DNA of 64,000 nt from Lama guanicoe (lineage: Eukaryota). Made by a program: the position numbers and the translations under genes. How positions within the stretch are numbered: the first letter of the stretch is position 1; the number at the start of each line of letters is the position of its first letter. The notes beneath the pieces were generated by a model. It did no database searches. It was not told the origin of the DNA and saw nothing but the letters and a program-made list of their open reading frames with translations. Below are positions 13,315-25,388 of the stretch, in pieces. The DNA lies in the NCBI GenBank assembly GCA_013239625.1, contig MU054323.1, forward strand, positions 9,827,186-9,891,185, in the 5' to 3' direction.

Positions 13315-14605
13315 AAAACTGGGGAGCAGGGAAAGGAGAATGAAGAGTGTCATGCACCCACTGGGTAGTTTGGGGGGTATTCATCTATGAGCACTCCCTT
13401 GGATGCATCTGAAAAAGAAAGTCAATCGGGTTAATTCAGAAGAAAGGGAGAAAACACTGCTATAGAAAGAGCCCTGAATTTCAAAGGGAAACTTGGGTGT
13501 GAATTCCATATCAGTACTTATTTGCAACTTGGTCCTTTCTTGGGGACTCAGTTTTCCCCTCTGTAAATTGATAGGGAGAAGTGGGGTCCCTTCCAGCTCT
13601 GAGGTTCTATGGCTTTATGAGGATTTTGTAATGTGAGCAGATGGCTGCCTGAATTAATCCTCAGCATAGAATCAGCCAGACCCCAGCTCCAGCCCCACAC
13701 CCTTTATGGAGCCTTCCTGATACAGCCTCTAACTCCTGTGCCCTTGTTGTTAGCACCAACACTGGTCACTTGACATGAATGGTTTCAAACCATTAAGAGA
13801 CTTGGAGGGTTATGGCCTCAACTGAACCTACAGGCCAGGATGGTCTTGTCTTACACTCCTCTGGGTTTTCTCTCAGCATCTAACTCTGTACATATACAAA
13901 ACAGATCTTCACTAAAGACATTTTGAATTTTGAATAACCCATAGGTGTGTAGGCCTGAGGTTACCCTACCTATGTTTTTAGGCCTGTCAGTTACATCGTG
14001 CACCAGGCAACCAGGACATATTCCTGCAACAGAGTTCCTACCTGCACTGACCTTGTACCCTTGCCACAGTCATAGACCCCTTCCCTGTACTCAAGGCCCA
14101 GTAATGCTACTTCTTGACTAAGTATTTATTCTTTTCTCAGTATCCTTTATCTATAAAATCAGACTAATAATACCTTCCTCCTAATGTGGTTGTGTGGATT
14201 AAAGAAGATAGTATGTGTTAAGGCATGTTGTATTTTATAAAATTCTGTCTAAATACAAAGTAATATAAATTCTACAAGGCACTGAACCAAGTTTAAGTTC
14301 TGACTCCAAAGTCAACTAGCTATTTAATTTGGACTAGCCATTTAATTTCTAGTCTCTTCCATCCTCATATGCATTATATCCCTTTAAAACCCCTGTGGTC
14401 ATCTTGACATGCCTATTCCCACCCCTCCGCACTCCCAGGATCTAGGGATCAATTTTCTTCTCAGCCTTCAAGGCCTGGCTTAAAACCCTGATGCCCACTC
14501 ACGTCAGAATTGATTCTCGCTTTTTCTGGGCCATCAGTTTAAACAATTTACACCTCTCCTGCAACTGACTTCCTCCTGATTATATATCCATCTTCCTCTC
14601 TAGAC

Positions 14606-14797
14606 CAAGGGTTAGCAAACTTTTTCTATAAAGGTCCAGATGGTAAATATTTTGGACTTTGCGGGTTATATCGTCCACTATTGTAGCATGAAGGCAGTCA
14701 TAGACAATATGTAAATAAATGGACTTGGCTGTGTGCTAATTAAACTTTATTTACAAAAACAGGCACTGAGCCAGAATTAAGCCAAGGACCACCTCTG
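14606..14797. mobile_element. MER58A-like hAT-Charlie MITE
   Basis: caagggttagcaaactttttctataaagg...aaactttatttacaaaaacaggc. 8-bp TSD ctctagac (14598-14605) / ctgtagac (14798-14805). Sits in an L2 3' remnant. Confidence 0.85.
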
Positions 14798-14924
14798 CTG
14801 TAGACTGTCAGCTCCCTAAAGTACTGACAAACTCTTTTTCATGTCTGTATCTTCACTTGTAGCTTCAAAGCCAAGCACAGAGTTTAGCCCTAAGAGGTTT
14901 CTTAAATAATTTATAAACTAATAA

Positions 14925-15110
14925 ATAGCAGTAATAAGAGTAGTATCCTTTTATTGAAGACTTATTGGATGCAAACTACTTGGAACTCTGTAAGAAGGGT
15001 ATTTATTATTTAATTTTACAGATGAAGAAAATAAGAGATAAGTACTTTGCCTGCAGAGCTGGTTAAGTAGCAGAGCAGAGAGTCACGGCCAGGTCTGTGC
15101 AAATGGAACC
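14925..15110 (-). mobile_element. MIR SINE
   Basis: attttacagatgaagaaa...agtagcagagc core. Confidence 0.65.
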
Positions 15111-16602
15111 CACCATGCCATACCATGGGTATCTGCAAACATTAATCAGATTGAATTTGAGTGGTACAGTTGAACTAGATGTCTTCTAGTTTTCCTGGCA
15201 AAGTCAGCAAAAGAATTTTCAAGTCCCAGCCTGGCTTCCCATCTGCCCCACTAGGCTGTGGGGGAAACACAGTTTGAAATGTTCATTTGTCTCCTCCTCA
15301 CTTGCCCAGTGCTGGTCCCCACATCTGCTCTGGCACACACAGCCAGCAACAGACATCCTGAGACCTCTCCCAGCATGAACAAGTCTGCCTCAGGGGGCTG
15401 GGCCCTTTCATGCACCAAGAGCCTGGCTCCCCCTCATTATGTCTCAGGAACTCAGAGAGAGAACAGCTCACTAGAGAGGAAGATGGATATATAAACAGGA
15501 GGAAGTCCGTTGCAGGAAAGGTGTAAATTGTTTAAACTGATGGCCCAGTGACCTCCTGGCTGCTGGAGTGGGACCACCACCAGGAGATGGGGTCAGGGGC
15601 CAGATCTGAGTTCAGTTACCCAAATTCCTGTTCCCCAGGGCTGTCTCAAATTATGTTAGAATACTAAGCCTTAAAAGAAAACAGATAGATACCGAGGAAG
15701 CACGTTTAGGATGCAGGACTGAGGCTAAGAAGCATGCCTTATAAGGAAATGATCCCTACAAATGTTCCAGAAGTGGGGAACAATGTGAAGAGTCCAGGTT
15801 GAAAGTAGGCAGTAGAAGATGATGCTCAGAAGTGCACAACAGAATTTCATCTCTACACTTCTAGGAGCCACTAATGCATTTTCGTTCAAACAACCAAGAC
15901 CATGATTTCGGAAAGTCCCTGCATCAGGGGTCATGGAGATTGTAGGAAACCAGTTAGGAAACTGTTGTCATGGGTGAGCTGCTGGGAAGCCCTGAAGCAG
16001 GGTGACAGCAGCGGGAATGGGGACTAAGGTCGCTTGATCATTACCAGTACCACCCACACTCTGCCTGTTCCTTCTACTTCCTCTATCCTTTCATTCATTC
16101 AACAAATATCAGTTGAGCCCTCCTATGTGCAGACAATGTGCTAAACACGGATACCTCTGTCCCGTTCTCTCTCTTCCCCATCTTTCCCCTTTCCTTTCCT
16201 CCCTTCTTCATGCCTCACAGTCTATTCTTCCTTTCGCCAGCTCCTTGCTGCCCTGACATCCTCCTTTATGCTACTCTTCCAATAGGAACTCAGTGGCTGA
16301 GGCCAGATCCCCATCTTCTTCCCAGGCGCAGGGGGGCTGCAGGCAGGGGCCAGGCAGAGTCACTGAAGCCCAGAGGACCTGTTGCTGATGCAGAACTTGC
16401 AAAGAGGGCCCTCGGAGCTCAAAGTGAGCAGCAATGTGGTCTGGAGACCAAGAAAATGCACCCAACCCCCATCCATCTAGTTTAAACATATACATCACAC
16501 AACCTAACCCCATCATAAGCCAGAAAAAGACACAGGGAAATACACCACCTCCTCCAAAGCAAGCATCAGTGACCTTATCCCCTATAATGGGGTCACTTAA
16601 CG

Positions 16603-17065
16603 GGTATATTAGGGTCCAACCAAAAAACAGAAACCACTCTGAAGATTTACAACAAGGGGGATTTACTGCAGGGAACTGGTTACATGAGTGACAGAGAAGC
16701 TGGTAAATCTACCAGGGGATGATGAGGCAACCCTGAGCAGCTGGAAGCAACCGTCACCCCCCCAGGACTAGAAAGACAAGGAGAGAGAGAAGCAGCGTCA
16801 CCTGAGCCCAGGGGCCAGGGTCACCCGCCAAAAGCTGGAATAGGAGCAGGCCTATCTGGCAGGTACCAGAGACCCAAAAAGAGTCACTGCCAGAAATGCC
16901 ATTAGAGGCTAACAGAGAAAAATGCCCTCGCTTCCCATCAACACCTCCGATTGGTCAAAGCAGCCAAAAGCCAATGACGAGAAGCCGCCAGTGGTCAGCC
17001 TCCCTGTGATTCAGAGCAGAGCGAGAGACAGGCAGGAAGCGATCTGGGAGCAAATGGGCTCAGCT
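16603..17065. mobile_element. Ancient ERVL/MaLR-like LTR remnant (family uncertain)
   Basis: The start tattagggtccaaccaaaaaacagaaaccac...cagggaactggttac resembles old LTR termini. Confidence 0.4.
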
Positions 17066-17329
17066 GGTTTGGCTTTGCATTTTCTATTACCATGTACCTG
17101 TGCCAGGCCTCCAGAAGCCCACCTTGCCTTGCCTCTGATCCGCAAGTTTGGGTCCTGGGAATGAAAGAGAAGCCACCTTCATCCTGGCGGTCAGACGTCA
17201 CTCTGGACTCCATTTCTCTACCTTCTTGGATGTTGCCTTCTGGATGTTTAGACTTGTGTGTTTCCATCACATCTTCCTCTCTCCCTCCCTCCCTCCCATT
17301 CTCCCTCCTCTCCTCCTTCCTTCCAGTAT

Positions 17330-17890
17330 CTTTCACTTACTCATCTGATCATGTATATAGTTCACCCTCCTCCACGTGTCAGGCACTGGGCTGGGCACTG
17401 GCCACATGCTGGAGGATGAGAAATACTCCCTGCCCTCCAGGAGTTCACAGTCTAGTGACAATTCCACATATAAGCCCCAGAAGTAGAGGAAGGGGTGGTC
17501 AGTTCTGTCCTGGGAGGGGTCAGGGAAGGCTCACAGAGGAGCCAATGTTTAAGCTGAATCTCGAAGAACATTTCACAGCTAAGTAAGCAGAAGTAAGGCT
17601 TTCCAGGCAGAGGAAACAGCAGAGTCAAAGATCTGAAGGCAAGAAAAAATTATAATCTGGTGAAGCAGAGGGTGTGAAGGTGTGACAAAGGATGGGTGAC
17701 ATCAGATAGACAGGGTTTGTCACTGTGGGGCCAGGTGAGAAGATTTCTCCTGGGAGCTATCAAAGGGTTTTAAGCAAGAGAGGAAGCTCATCAGAACTGA
17801 ACTTCAGAAAGATCAACCTGGCTACAATATGGATGAAGGACTGCGATGAGACCTGAGGCTGGAAGACAGGGAGAAAGCTGATGTCCAAGC
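17330..17890 (-). mobile_element. L2 LINE remnant
   Basis: ccctgccctccaggagttcacagtctagtg and ttccaggcagaggaaacagc are L2 signature motifs. Confidence 0.75.
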
Positions 17891-19399
17891 AGGGGTCCAC
17901 GATAGCCAAGCCAGGTGAAACCAGCATCCCTGGGAGGAATCCACAAGGACCTCATCATTGTCAAGGTTTGATTATTTGAAAAGAAGGGAAAGAAAAGATG
18001 GAAAGAAAAGAGAAAACCTGCTTGGAAAAAGTCAAGCTTTTTCCCAATAAATCAGTTGTCAGGGGCTTGCGTTGCTAAGCTACAGGGAAAGTGGAACAGC
18101 CCACTCTAAAAGGAGCTTTGGGGGAGGTGGGTATAATCAGTCAGGTTGCTCCCTCCCCCACGCCCAGAGCACCAAGCCTCATCCGCTGGGGCTGCTGTGG
18201 GGAGAAGAGGGGAGGGGGGCTGCTCCACCTCCAGGAAGGACCCATGGGGTGCAGATGGCAGCAGCACGGCCGGGAGAGGAGGCTTCGTGGCCTCGGCGGT
18301 TACTTGGTTACTCAGCGTGGCTGCGGTGCACAGTGCTCTTCGGCCAGCACAGCGCTGTTCCTCTGTCTAGGGTCACAAGCTCCCATCAGTCTTTTAACCT
18401 ATTTTTAGGCCATGGAGACGTGGGTTTTTCTGGGTCTCTACTCCTCCTTTGCCCTATGTAACAGAAGTGTCTTTTTTTTTCCTTCACTTTCATCATCTAG
18501 TGACTTGACTACTATCACCTGTAGCTTCTTAAACAAAATTCAGAGAAAAGGGTGGGTGGGGGAGGTGGAGAGAGCTGCATTGCAGCAAGAAGGCCAGCAG
18601 TGGGGACTCAGTCTGCTTCCCCACATCTTGAATTGATGGCTTTCCCCCTAGAATTCAAACTTAAGCCGTGTGGCCTGGAGCTCCTTATTGGGTCTGGGCA
18701 CACTGTGTGCGACCAGGAGCTCCAGATGCCCATTCCTTGGACTTTGTTTCCCGATCCGGCCCAGCACACACCAGCTCTGTGTTTGCTTTATAATAGTTGC
18801 TCTGAGACAGAGTACTCTTAAAGGTCAATCACATCCCACCCAACTCCTTCTCTGACATGCAGATGTCCTACAGCCTCCGCCACATCCCACTGGACCAAGG
18901 GCTCCTGGAGGTAACTGTTTAGGGAGCTGAAGCCAGTAAAGCTGCCTCCCAAGATCAGAGCCTGAGAAGCAAGCATAGGAAGTGATGAGGTGCCGGGAAA
19001 TAGAGGAACCAGAGGAGCAAAAGACAGGAACCTGGGAGACTGTTGACATGTGAGGATGAGGATTGGTGATGGATGATGGAATTGAGACCTGACTGAGGAA
19101 AGAAAGCCTGGCAGGAGAGTGAACTGAATCACAAGGGCTTCGGCTAAAAAACAGCAAGGAGGAAATTAAGGCTCGAGAATAAGAAGCCTCTGGGAGAAAT
19201 GACCGAGGCAGGGAGGACCTAAAAGAAGAAATCAGTCATTACCTGTTGAGCTCCCATCTGTTGGGCAAAGACTATGCAGGGCCCAGTGGTGGCATGAGGT
19301 CAACTCTTCTACAATCCTTGCAGATCTCCACACCCCCAGCCCCAAGGGCTTATCTGTGCCTCTCCTTCATAACTTTCCCACTTACCACCTAGAGGGCCT

Positions 19400-19570
19400 T
19401 GGACAACATGTTTAATATCACTATGCATTGGTTTCCTCACCTTGTAAAATGGGAATCAGTCATCTCTATCTAATGTAGCTGTGGTAAGGAGTAAATAATA
19501 TAAAGGAGCTGCTTAGAACAGCGTGGGGCGCACAGCAATTACTCAATGAACGTGAACTATTACGATTTGC
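19400..19570 (+). mobile_element. MIR SINE
   Basis: gtttcctcaccttgtaaaatggg...gcttagaacagcgtggggcgcacag...ctcaatgaacgtgaactattac. Confidence 0.7.
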
Positions 19571-19829
19571 ATCTTTACTGTCATCATCTGCATTTTAAGT
19601 GTGAACGACCAACTTCTAAAGTGGAAGAGGAGGGAACTCCCACCCGCTTTCTGTAGGAGGGGGAAAGAAGGTTGAGAAGGTCAAATACTTCTGAAGGCCA
19701 CGCAACAATTGAGTGACAGAGCCAAGATTTCAACTCAGATCTGCTGGCTCTACAGCTCAGGTGCCTTCCACACTGTTCATTCATCTCTCTTGGTTCCTTG
19801 GATCCTTGATCATGATGCATGTGGGAAGC

Positions 19830-20030
19830 AGCCGTGGGCTGGTGGGAAGAGCACAGCCGTGGAGTCGAACAGGATCCCAGGTCCTACCTGCTAACTGGGT
19901 GACCTGGGACCTGGCACTTCTCCTTCTGGACCTCAGCTTCCCCATGTAATATGGACAACAACACTACCTTCCAGGCGGTTGTAGGGAGGGTAAGGCCACC
20001 ACAGTGAAAACAACAGTACAGCATTTTCTG
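19830..20030 (+). mobile_element. MIR SINE
   Basis: ctaactgggtgacctggg...ggacctcagcttccccatgtaatatgg. Confidence 0.65.
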
Positions 20031-21029
20031 TGTCTCGTCACAGACAATCAAAACACATAAGCTGGGTCTACATCCTCTTCCCACCAACTGTGGATCTCTC
20101 GCTGCTGTTTCCTGGCTCCCTGTCTTCACCCGTTGCCCTGGGAAATCATTTTGACCCCAATTTCCGAAATATCTTTTTGCCCTTTGCTCACTCTTTGGGC
20201 TTGTATTTTCCTTCCGTGGAAGTTTCCATCTACTTCTGAGACTCCCATCCCTGTTTGCAGTTAGTGCAGTTTTAGGGCCTTTAGCTGCAGGATTAAAATA
20301 CTGTTTCATTCCAAGGACCAATCCCAAGTGAAACGTGGGGTTGGCTGGAACTGGAGTCTGACTTCACCGCTTTCATACTCACCCCGTGGCTGTGGCCATC
20401 CTCTGCCCAGCCCCCTGCACCTGACAGCCTTGGGTTTTCTCTCCCTTTAAAACAGATCCCCAGACAGAGTCTGAAATTCTTTCCCACTCAGGTGAAATAA
20501 CGGATAACAACACCTCCAAGTACCTCCTCCTAATACCGCCAAAGAGCATTTATACTTTAATGACAGTGAGGGTCTTCTGCCCAAGTACTGAAGTCTCCCT
20601 GCAGAATTCCACTTTGGGGCATCTCCAGAGTATGGCATACAGGCCACTGGGACTCACCTCTGATTCAGCCAGGCCCTTGCAATGTCTCTGGAATGTTTCT
20701 TTGCTTTGGGAGCAATATTGCAATCATACTTGTCATGCCTATGACAGCTCTTATCTTTGTATCTTAAAGACCTCGAGGAGTGTTAATTAAGGCAAGACAG
20801 TTTAAAAATGCAGACTTGCAGGTGGCAACCTCCAGCTACAACTGCAGTGCCTTTATACTTACAAGTCTCCGTTAAGAAAGAAATTCCAGGTTTCTAAAGC
20901 CCACGTCAGTCCTTGTTCCAGCAAAGAGGTAATAATATGCCTCGAGTGTTTTGGACTAGTTTTAGTTCCGTTCATAGCCGATTTCTAAAAGGTGTTTTGT
21001 TATTATTATTCCATTTGTATTAGGTACTG

Positions 21030-21238
21030 ACATCAGGATATGTGTTCAAGTTCCAGTTCCAAATCTCAACTTCATGACCTTGGGCAAGCCTTTGAACTTT
21101 CTGTCTCAATTCCCTCGTCTATAAAATTAGGTAATAGTACCTAACTCTGAGGATCGTTGTAAGACTTAAATGAGATAATATCTGCAAAGTACCCACCCCA
21201 GTGCCTGGTACTTAGAGGCACTCAGTAAAAATCAGTTC
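21030..21238 (+). mobile_element. MIR SINE
   Basis: gaccttgggcaag...ctataaaattaggtaatagtacctaac...cagtgcctggtac...ctcagtaaa. Confidence 0.8.
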
Positions 21239-22530
21239 CTTTCTCTCTTTCTCCTCCATCTTCCCACCCCTTTGCTACATAATACTATATAGAGAAATAA
21301 ACAAAAATACACTCAAGGTTCTCCTGCACCGTGTGTTCGAAAAGGACATACACGTGATTATTAAAAACTTCAGACACACATTCCTTTTGTTTAAGGCTTT
21401 TCAAACATTCACTTTCACCTTTTCTACCCTTTTCTAGGAAAGAGAAGCAAGTAAAGAACTGAAGAGAAAGTTGTGAAGAGTGTGTATGCTGATCATTGGG
21501 TTGTACACCCCAAAGTAAACAGATTGCTTTGTGCAAAGAGATTATTCACAGTCTACAAAGTACACTTATTAACCTGGCCCAAGCTGCGCTGTGTAAGAAA
21601 GCAGCCAGCCAAATGCTGCCTCCTTGGGAAGCGCTGCGACAATTAAACTGTCAGCTGGTATGGCTGGCAAGCATCTCAAGATCACAATAACAGAAATTTT
21701 GCTCAGGTCATCATGGCCTTCTTTAACCTCCTCTGGGTGCCCCCCTTGTTCTGGATCTGGGTAGGTAGAATAGGTCAATAACTGCAAATTACTAACACCT
21801 TTTGAATTCAGGATCAGAGCCAAAAGACCAAGAGTGGTGGTTAAATCCAAAAAAATGAATGTGACGTTATACTTAGGAGGCAAAGCAGGATGTTAAGAGA
21901 CCTGGCCAGAAAACAGAATTGCAGATTGTGGATGGGTCCATGATGAGGTAAACGGATGGATAAATGGAGCAGTCAGCATTAGCCAGTCCAAACGTGCCAG
22001 GCTGGACCAGGCGTGTAGCAGGGGCTAAGTGCCGACCCTGGAAAGGGAAAGGAACAGATGGAAGAGGAGCAGGGACCAGAAAATAGCCAAAGCTGAAAAC
22101 AAGTGGAAGGACACGTTAAGGTCAGAACTCCATGTCTGCAATCCCACGGCCAAATCCAAGTGTGAATGGCAGCAAGAACAGAGTCCAAGACACAGGCTGA
22201 AAGCTGGTGCACTTCCACGAGACCGAGACTGGGAATGCTGTGGGGGCAGGGGTCCCGCCTGCCTCGCTCATGCCTTGTGCTCAGATCCTGAAGCAGAGGT
22301 TGGCAAACCCACAATAAAACTTGGATAAATACTGTTGTCCTGGCCATTGTTGAAATCGGCAGAAGCCAACAAGTGAACAAGGTGAGGGAACCTGGGGTAG
22401 ACTAGACGGAGGGCACAACGTCTCAAAGTGGGCCTTTCTCAGTAAGTGCCTCTACCTACCCCAAAGCACTGGTACCCAGCAGCTCTGGCAGGACACAGCT
22501 CAGACCTTCCCCTCTCTCCTTCATATGTCC

Positions 22531-22797
22531 TGGCTTAGTTTCCTGTGGTTGCTGTAAGGAATTATGACAAATCTGTTCACTTAAAACAGGAAATGTCTTC
22601 TCTTACAGTTCTGGAGGCCGGTAGTCCAAAATCAGCATTGCTGGGCTGACATCAAGGTGTCTGCAAGACCATACTCCCTCCAAAGGCTCTATGGGAGACT
22701 CTGTTCCTCGCTTATTTCAGCTTCTGGGGGCTGCTGACAGTCCTTAGTTTGTGGCTGCATTACTCTAAGCTTTGCTTCTAGCTTCACATGGCCTTCT
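22531..22797 (-). mobile_element. MLT1C/D-like MaLR LTR, 3' half (element A)
   Basis: The reverse complement reads agaaggccatgtgaag...gcagccacaaactaagga...ggcctccagaactg...ggaaactaa. Confidence 0.85.
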
Positions 22798-23416
22798 AAT
22801 ACCATGAGGGCCCACTTGGATAATCCAGGATAACTCCCATCTCAAGAGCCTTAATTAAGTGACATCTGCAAAGAATCTTTTTTCTTATAAGATAACACTT
22901 GCAGGTAGCAGTGATTAGGACCTGATGTCCTTGGGGAGCCATGATTCTGCCTGCACAGAGCCTAAGGAACCAATGGTTGGGACAAGAGTCCAGAAGATTC
23001 CTGGAGGGATGTGGCAGGCACAAGAGGGAGGAGAGCTGTCACTAGGGCTGAGACAAGACAAAGCAGAGCAGAGCAGGCATGTGGGGGAGGCTGGTGCAGA
23101 CCGCATGGCACTAGGCAGGCTGACGTCAGTGAAGCCGTGGGGCGGAGTGCAGCTCAGCACCAGCGTCTGGGCAGAGGCATGTTCATGGCCTCCAGGAAAG
23201 GGCATGAGTCACTGGGACACCTGGCCAGGGGAAGGAAGAGACCAAGGCCTGGCTGATTGCACTGCTTGGGTTCAGAGTCTTGCTGGACTGTGCTGGGAGC
23301 CTCAGACCCCAGAGCCGGTGCCCCACCTCCCTCAACTGGGCCCAGCTGGGCCACAATGAACAGGACTCAGTCCCTGTCCTTGGAGAGTTCACATCCTCCT
23401 GGGGGAGGCAGGCGTA
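22798..23416 (-). repeat. Left arm of 619-bp inverted duplication
   Basis: Reverse complement of 25389-26007 (paired coordinates sum to 48805). Mirrored ORFs have identical translations. I found 3 mismatches (22806, 22811, 22909). Confidence 0.97.
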
Positions 23417-23749
23417 TTCAAGGTGTTCATCAGTAATGCACATATCTACATGGGTTTGAGGCTACATGTATAAAAGAACGTTATTCTATCTCAAGCCAGA
23501 GGGTGGTGGACCTAGAATCTTTCAGAGAGACATTTAGATGAGTCTTGAAGTTCACATTTTCTTGGAGAGGTGGACAAAGTCCAGCTGAGAGGTAAGGAGA
23601 TACATGGGGTTGAGGAAACCAGCCATGACTTTGCATGTTTCCTGACTCCACCTTCCTGTGAGACATGTGGTTCCTTCTTCACGCTTAAATGGGCAACTGA
23701 GCATCACCAGGGTTTACCTTCAACTCACAACTGCAAGATAAAACAGAAC

Positions 23750-23965
23750 TCTGAAATTGGAGTTTGAACACATAAGCTCGAGTCGTGGCTTTGCCTTGAC
23801 CAGCTGAGTGCCCTCGGGCAAACCACGAAGGCCCTCTGAGCCCTAGTGCCTTCTCTGTAAAATGAGGGCAGTAACATCTTTCTCAGAGGATTATTTTCTG
23901 GATTAAGTAAAATAATGTGAGGGAAATAGACTAAAAAATCTACATGCTCAAATAAATGTTAGTTT
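23750..23965 (+). mobile_element. MIR SINE
   Basis: gaccagctgagtgccctcgggcaaa...ctctgtaaaatgaggg...ctcaaataaatgttagtt. Confidence 0.7.
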
Positions 23966-24229
23966 CTCTCCTCCCTGAGAGGTAAGGCAGCTTAGTCTGA
24001 CAGACGTCACTGGGTCAAAGGCTCTTCCTGCTGGGGGTGGGACAGGGGTGTTACCTAATACGTTTATGAGTGTTAACGGCATCCCACCTTACCAGAAATT
24101 AGATTCATTTTTCTCAGTTTTGTCTTCTTCCTCATTCTTCCCTCCCCCATGCTCACAGGAAAATATACGGAAGGATTCTGTTTGGTCCTTTTGCACATTT
24201 GTGCCTCTCAATTTTGCCAATTTGAGACT

Positions 24230-24317
24230 TTTTTTTACAATGAAAGTACTGGGAATTGAACCCAGGACCTCGTGCATGCCAAGCGTGCATTCTACCACTG
24301 AGCTATCACCATCCCCC
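24230..24317 (-). mobile_element. tRNA-derived SINE (camelid-type, short form)
   Basis: gtactgggaattgaacccaggacc...ctaccactgagcta (reverse B and A boxes). TSD ccaatttgagact (24217-24229) / ccaatttcagact (24318-24330). Confidence 0.88.
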
Positions 24318-25178
24318 CCAATTTCAGACTCTTGAATTCTGAAAAGAAGGGGTCTCTCAGTCATGGTGGCACTAATAAATACATATGCACATTTTTGAGC
24401 CCAAGGATCCACCATCACACTCGGTCCTGACTTTCTGGAAACAGAGCCAGTGCCCTCCACCACGGCTCCCTTGACCACTCCCATCATGCTCCAGCAGTCC
24501 AGTTCCGAGAGCAGTGCTATTCAAAGGTCTGCAGGAACTTCCTCAGGAGGGTTGTCAGGGGCATGAGGTTTGGAGCAAGAGAGAGCCTGGGTTCAAGCCC
24601 TGGCTCTGACATTTAATGTCTAAGCCTTGGTCGTCTTCTGCAAAGTGCAATACTGATAGTTCCCATTTCACAGACCTGTTCCAAGGATTAAACAAGATAC
24701 TTGTAAATTACTTACGACAGGGTTATTATTAGCTGGTTTGAAAGGGAAGGATTAAGACTAAAAAGAAGCAAAAGTTATTTAGAAAGCCAGGAGGAGATGA
24801 AATGGTGACACAGCACTTCCAACTCTCCCATAATTTCAGTGATTAGGTCACTAGGGCAAATCCCCAGCAAATTGTGATCTGATAGGAAGGCTGCTGATAA
24901 AAGAGCCTTTCCCCAAAGCTATCTTTCTCAGAAAGCCTGAAATTCCTAGAGACTTTGTCTCTTTTTTCTTTCCTTTTCTTTTTTAAAACTAGTTTATTGT
25001 GGTATAATTTCTATACAGAGTCTTTGTCTCTTGACAAAGGCATTAAGCCTCTAGGAGTTCTCTGATAACACAGAGAGGTTAACACATTAAATCTTTAACA
25101 ATTTTGCTCAAAATATTTAACATCTCATCGGGACCTGAAGGAATGAGGCACAGGACGGGTACATTTTGACAGGGGAGG

Positions 25179-25388
25179 TGTAGCAGGTGGAATGGTGGCC
25201 TCCAAAAGACAAGCCCACATCCTGGAATCTGTGGATGTGACTTTATTTGGAAAAAAGAGTCCCTGAAAATGTATTCAGGTTAAGGATTTAGAGATGAGAT
25301 CATTCGAGATTATCCAGGTGGGCCCTAAATCCAAGGACAAGCATCCTTACAAGAGACACTGAGGAAGACAATCCTACAAAGATGGAAG
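25179..25388 (+). mobile_element. MLT1C/D-like MaLR LTR, 5' half, cut at the duplication breakpoint
   Basis: tgtagcaggtggaatggtggcctccaaaag...gtgactttatttgg...gattatccaggtgggccctaaatcca. It ends abruptly at 25388. Confidence 0.82.

Noticed and set aside
1..22000. 3' exons of PLB1, expected upstream by human synteny
   Set aside because: No phospholipase B1-like peptide recognised in any ORF. Short exons could be missed without tblastn.
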